Below are positions 33,148 to 35,639 of a stretch of 35,639 nucleotides of DNA, one piece after another (the first letter of the stretch is position 1; every line of letters begins with the position of its first letter). Under the pieces are notes generated by a model that made no database searches, was not told where the DNA came from, and saw nothing but the letters and a program-made list of their open reading frames with translations. Both the position numbers and the translations under genes were made by a program. This DNA is from an uncultured Candidatus Peregrinibacteria bacterium (GTDB lineage Bacteria > Patescibacteriota > Gracilibacteria > CAIRYL01): the NCBI GenBank assembly GCA_903882825.1, contig CAIRYL010000119.1:1-35639 (forward strand), in the 5' to 3' direction.

Positions 33148-34206
33148 TTTTTAGCCATTGAAGCTGAACTAGAAGCGACTCAAGCAATTTTCCCATTTTT
33201 AGGAGGAAGTATACGGTCAGGAGAAATTCTTCTCCAATCAAAAGAGATGGATGAGATTGAATCTGCTCTGGTGGAATTTGTAAAATCTCATGCTTCTGAT
33301 GGGAAAAAAACGCGTGTTGGTATTAATATTTTCCCAGAACAAAAATATCATTCCCTTTTTCCAACACTCTTTCGGGTCTTAAAAAATGCTTCTCAAGAGT
33401 TTGAAATTTCTTTAAGAATTGTGAATAGAAAAGGTCAAAACTTGGATACTTCTACAACCCAAAAAGAAGGACTTTTACAAGAAGGACATCACGAATTTTC
33501 TATTTTTGCTTGTAAATCTGCGCTTTTTCTTACAAAAACTTTCAGTATTCAAAATATTGAATCATTTGCAAAACGAGATTTTGGGAAACCAGTGCGTGAT
33601 ATGGGAGTGGGGATGTTACCTCCAAAACTTGCCCGAATGATGATAAATTTATCACGGGATAAACAGGGGAATGTACCATTGGCAGTGTGGGATACCTTTT
33701 GCGGAACGGGAAGTGTTTTGTTAGAAGCTCTTGATATGGGGATCGCTCAAATTATGGGGAGTGATATTTCTAAAAAAATGTTAGACGCCAGCCAGAAAAA
33801 TATTTCTTTTTTCTGTCCCCATCTGCAAAACCATATGCATACCTTGCTTTTCCCGCATGATGCTACCAAATCTTTTACAAATCGAAACATTGGGAATTTT
33901 ACCGTGGTATGTGAAGGATTTTTAGGGCGTATTTTTAGCCATTCCATTTCAGATGCAGAATTTTTTGAACAAAAAGATGTACTTCTTCCTTTTTATGAAA
34001 ATTTTTTAAGGTCACGAAAAGAAGAAGGAATTCAAAAAATAGTTCTCGCCATTCCTTTTTGGAAAGGAAAAGAGAAAGAATATTCTTTTTCACAAAAACT
34101 CCTTGAAACTGCAAAAAAAATTGGGTACGATGCGCCAGCGCCTATTTTATATAGACGACCACAACAGTTTGTAGGACGAGAAATTCTTGTTTTCCAAAGT
34201 ATATAA
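33043..34206 (+). CDS. SAM-dependent RNA methyltransferase-like protein (UPF0020 / Trm11-TrmN-like)
   Basis: Motif I VWDTFCGTGSVLLEA, motif II-like IMGSDIS, and N-terminus MKKSFFHLGSTPRLSMEEI as in related N2-guanine/N6-adenine RNA methylases. Motif IV reads VVCEGFLG rather than (D/N)PPY. The ORF-track start at 32881 would overlap the divergent gene by 267 nt, so I use ATG 33043. Confidence 0.6.
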   Translation: MKKSFFHLGSTPRLSMEEIIRFFPGADYSFHSFEHFLAIEAELEATQAIFPFLGGSIRSGEILLQSKEMDEIESALVEFVKSHASDGKKTRVGINIFPEQKYHSLFPTLFRVLKNASQEFEISLRIVNRKGQNLDTSTTQKEGLLQEGHHEFSIFACKSALFLTKTFSIQNIESFAKRDFGKPVRDMGVGMLPPKLARMMINLSRDKQGNVPLAVWDTFCGTGSVLLEALDMGIAQIMGSDISKKMLDASQKNISFFCPHLQNHMHTLLFPHDATKSFTNRNIGNFTVVCEGFLGRIFSHSISDAEFFEQKDVLLPFYENFLRSRKEEGIQKIVLAIPFWKGKEKEYSFSQKLLETAKKIGYDAPAPILYRRPQQFVGREILVFQSI

Positions 34207-34234
34207 AGTTTTACATTATCGGCGGTATATTGTA

Positions 34235-34309
34235 TTCCCCTGTAGCTCAGCGGTAGAGTAGATGGCTGTTAACCATTTGGTCACTGGTTCGAATCCAGTC
34301 GGGGGAGCC
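34235..34309 (+). tRNA. tRNA-Asn (anticodon GTT), CCA encoded
   Basis: Acceptor stem tcccctg/cggggga (one G-U pair); D-arm agctcagcggtagagt; anticodon loop ct-GTT-aa (GTT at 34267-34269); T-arm ggttcgaatcc; discriminator G plus CCA (34307-34309). Total 75 nt. Confidence 0.93.
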
Positions 34310-34329
34310 ATTTTTTCACTCATAAAACT

Positions 34330-34362
34330 TGCCGATTCTGTATAAGAAACTCGGCAGTTTTT
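34330..34362 (+). terminator. Hairpin plus T-tract after tRNA-Asn
   Basis: tgccgattc / tgtataa / gaa(ac)tcggca, then g ttttt. An interrupted 9-bp stem starting 21 nt after the tRNA. Confidence 0.45.
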
Positions 34363-34454
34363 GTGTATTCCACTTTTTGTATCTTTTTATGGGATACAAA
34401 AATATTTTTAAAAAATAGTCTTATTTGGGAAAAAGAAAAGGGAATTTTTATACA

Positions 34455-34483
34455 TTTTCAAAAAGAAGTATTCTGCTTATAAT
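34455..34483 (+). promoter_or_regulatory. Candidate promoter for the SNF2 helicase gene (TTTTCA-N17-TATAAT)
   Basis: ttttca (34455-34460), 17 nt spacer, perfect tataat (34478-34483), 35 nt upstream of ATG 34519. AT-rich context, so chance cannot be excluded. Confidence 0.35.
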
Positions 34484-34518
34484 CAGAACAATTTTAATTC
34501 TTCACTCTTCAATATTTC

Positions 34519-35639
34519 ATGTTACTTTCTCCATACTTCACCAAATACTTGGCATACGAACTCACTCGAGAATTTGCCTCTTCTGATACTCGAAAATTTG
34601 CTCGAACATTGCTAGATGCCAAAGTCGATCTTAATCCTCATCAAGTCGGGGCGGCACTCTTTGCCTTCAGATCTCCTTTTTCTAAAGGAGCACTGCTCGC
34701 CGATGAAGTAGGGCTTGGGAAAACCATAGAAGCAGGAATTCTTCTTTCCCAAAAATGGGCGGAACGAAAAAGAAAAATTCTTATTATCTTGCCGTCAAAC
34801 CTTCGAAAGCAGTGGAACCAAGAGCTTTTAGAAAAATTTTATCTTCCTTCAAAAATACTCGAGGCAAAATTGTATAATGCTGAAGTAAAATCGGGAGTTT
34901 TGAATCCTTTTGAAACGACGAAAGAAATTGTTTTGTGTTCCTACCATTTTGCACGAAATAAATCCTCAGAAATTGCACGAGTAAAATGGGATTTAGTAGT
35001 AATAGACGAAGCCCATAGACTTCGGAATGTGTATCGCAGTGATAATAAAATTGGGAAAGCTATTAAGGAGGCAGTGGCAAATGCTCCAAAAATTTTGCTT
35101 ACCGCTACACCACTTCAAAACTCACTTTTAGAGCTTTATGGGCTTATTAGCATTATTGACGATCAGGTTTTTGGAGATCTCAAAAGTTTTAAAGCCCAAT
35201 TTTCCAGACCATCAGATACAGAATTTGGTGACTTAAAAGCTCGTATAAAACCAATATGCCAACGAACCCTTAGAAGACAAGTACAAGAATACATTCGATA
35301 CACCAAACGAATAGCTATTACTCAGGAGTTTATTCCTACCCCCGAAGAATATGAGCTTTATGAAGAAGTTTCTGAATATCTGAGAAGCCCTGAACTCTAT
35401 GCCCTTCCCAAAAGCCAACGGCATCTCATGACCCTTATTTTGCGAAAGCTCCTGGCTTCTTCAAGCTTTGCTATTTCCAACACCCTTTTGGGACTCATGA
35501 AGAAGCTGGAAAAGATTTTGGAAGAAGGTCGATTTATTACGAATGGAGATGATTTTTTAGAAGAAGAATACGAAGAGTATGATTCATTAAGAGATGAATG
35601 GGCAGAGTTGGAGGAAGAGGAAGAAAAAAAAGAAGAAAA
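34519..35639 (+). CDS. SNF2-family (Swi2/Snf2) helicase, 3'-truncated by the window edge (first 373 aa)
   Basis: Not in the ORF track because no stop is reached. My translation from ATG 34519: MLLSPYFTKYLAYELTREFASSDTRKFARTLLDAKVDLNPHQVGAALFAF...LADEVGLGKTIEAG (motif I), ILPSNLRKQW, WDLVVIDEAHRLRN (motif II, DEAH), LLLTATPLQNSLLELYGL (motif III). The frame stays open to nt 35639. Confidence 0.85.
   Translation, partial: MLLSPYFTKYLAYELTREFASSDTRKFARTLLDAKVDLNPHQVGAALFAFRSPFSKGALLADEVGLGKTIEAGILLSQKWAERKRKILIILPSNLRKQWNQELLEKFYLPSKILEAKLYNAEVKSGVLNPFETTKEIVLCSYHFARNKSSEIARVKWDLVVIDEAHRLRNVYRSDNKIGKAIKEAVANAPKILLTATPLQNSLLELYGLISIIDDQVFGDLKSFKAQFSRPSDTEFGDLKARIKPICQRTLRRQVQEYIRYTKRIAITQEFIPTPEEYELYEEVSEYLRSPELYALPKSQRHLMTLILRKLLASSSFAISNTLLGLMKKLEKILEEGRFITNGDDFLEEEYEEYDSLRDEWAELEEEEEKKEE

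Noticed and set aside
1-35639. An alternative genetic code (UGA recoded as Gly or Trp), as in some candidate phyla or Mollicutes.
   Set aside because: Long ORFs are intact under the standard code. TGA terminates several well-delimited genes exactly where family length predicts: the TsaE-HD fusion, tilS, lspA and glutaredoxin, each in an ATGA overlap with the next start.

Overview
The window is an AT-rich (about one-third GC by eye), very gene-dense bacterial chromosomal segment. It reads cleanly with the standard genetic code: TGA acts as a stop, including in four ATGA stop/start overlaps. I call 27 protein genes, one tRNA-Asn(GTT), several hairpin terminators and two repeat families. I saw no rRNA, CRISPR array, transposase or integrase.

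Content from left to right:
- A giant surface-type protein (more than 2,592 aa) that runs off the 5' edge.
- An RmlA-like/GT2 fusion, then UvrC carrying a roughly 150-aa insertion.
- An orphan protein with a perfect 39-bp tandem duplication.
- A translationally coupled TsaE-HD fusion, zinc-ribbon RDD protein and CsaB-like pyruvyltransferase, convergent with an SLH/DKNYY wall protein.
- An RmuC-like protein, an aldo-keto reductase and a PrsW protease.
- Two lipoproteins sharing a near-identical leader cassette.
- A Wzx-like flippase, LspA and a MEMO-like/CapA fusion in one operon.
- A PrgI(VirB3)-like protein, a stand-alone VirB4-N-terminal-like protein and a polytopic membrane protein.
- TilS with a riboflavin kinase, glutaredoxin with a lone HisH-like amidotransferase, a TM-helix-repeat membrane protein, a small anchored protein and an RNA-methylase-like protein.
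- tRNA-Asn followed by a 3'-truncated SNF2-family helicase.

Several properties suggest a reduced-genome uncultivated lineage such as CPR/Patescibacteria: many domain fusions, almost no Shine-Dalgarno motifs, convergent genes that abut or overlap, and an envelope-heavy gene set with no biosynthetic operons. That placement is inference only.

The best candidates for something undescribed are:
1. The giant protein with its recurring G-x-AW-x4-GW-x-F motif.
2. The orphan PrgI / VirB4-N / membrane-protein trio, which has no ATPase.
3. The tRNA-adjacent SNF2 helicase, which may open an island beyond the window.
4. The shared lipoprotein leader cassette.

All family assignments rest on motifs recognised by eye in the supplied translations. 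No database search was run.
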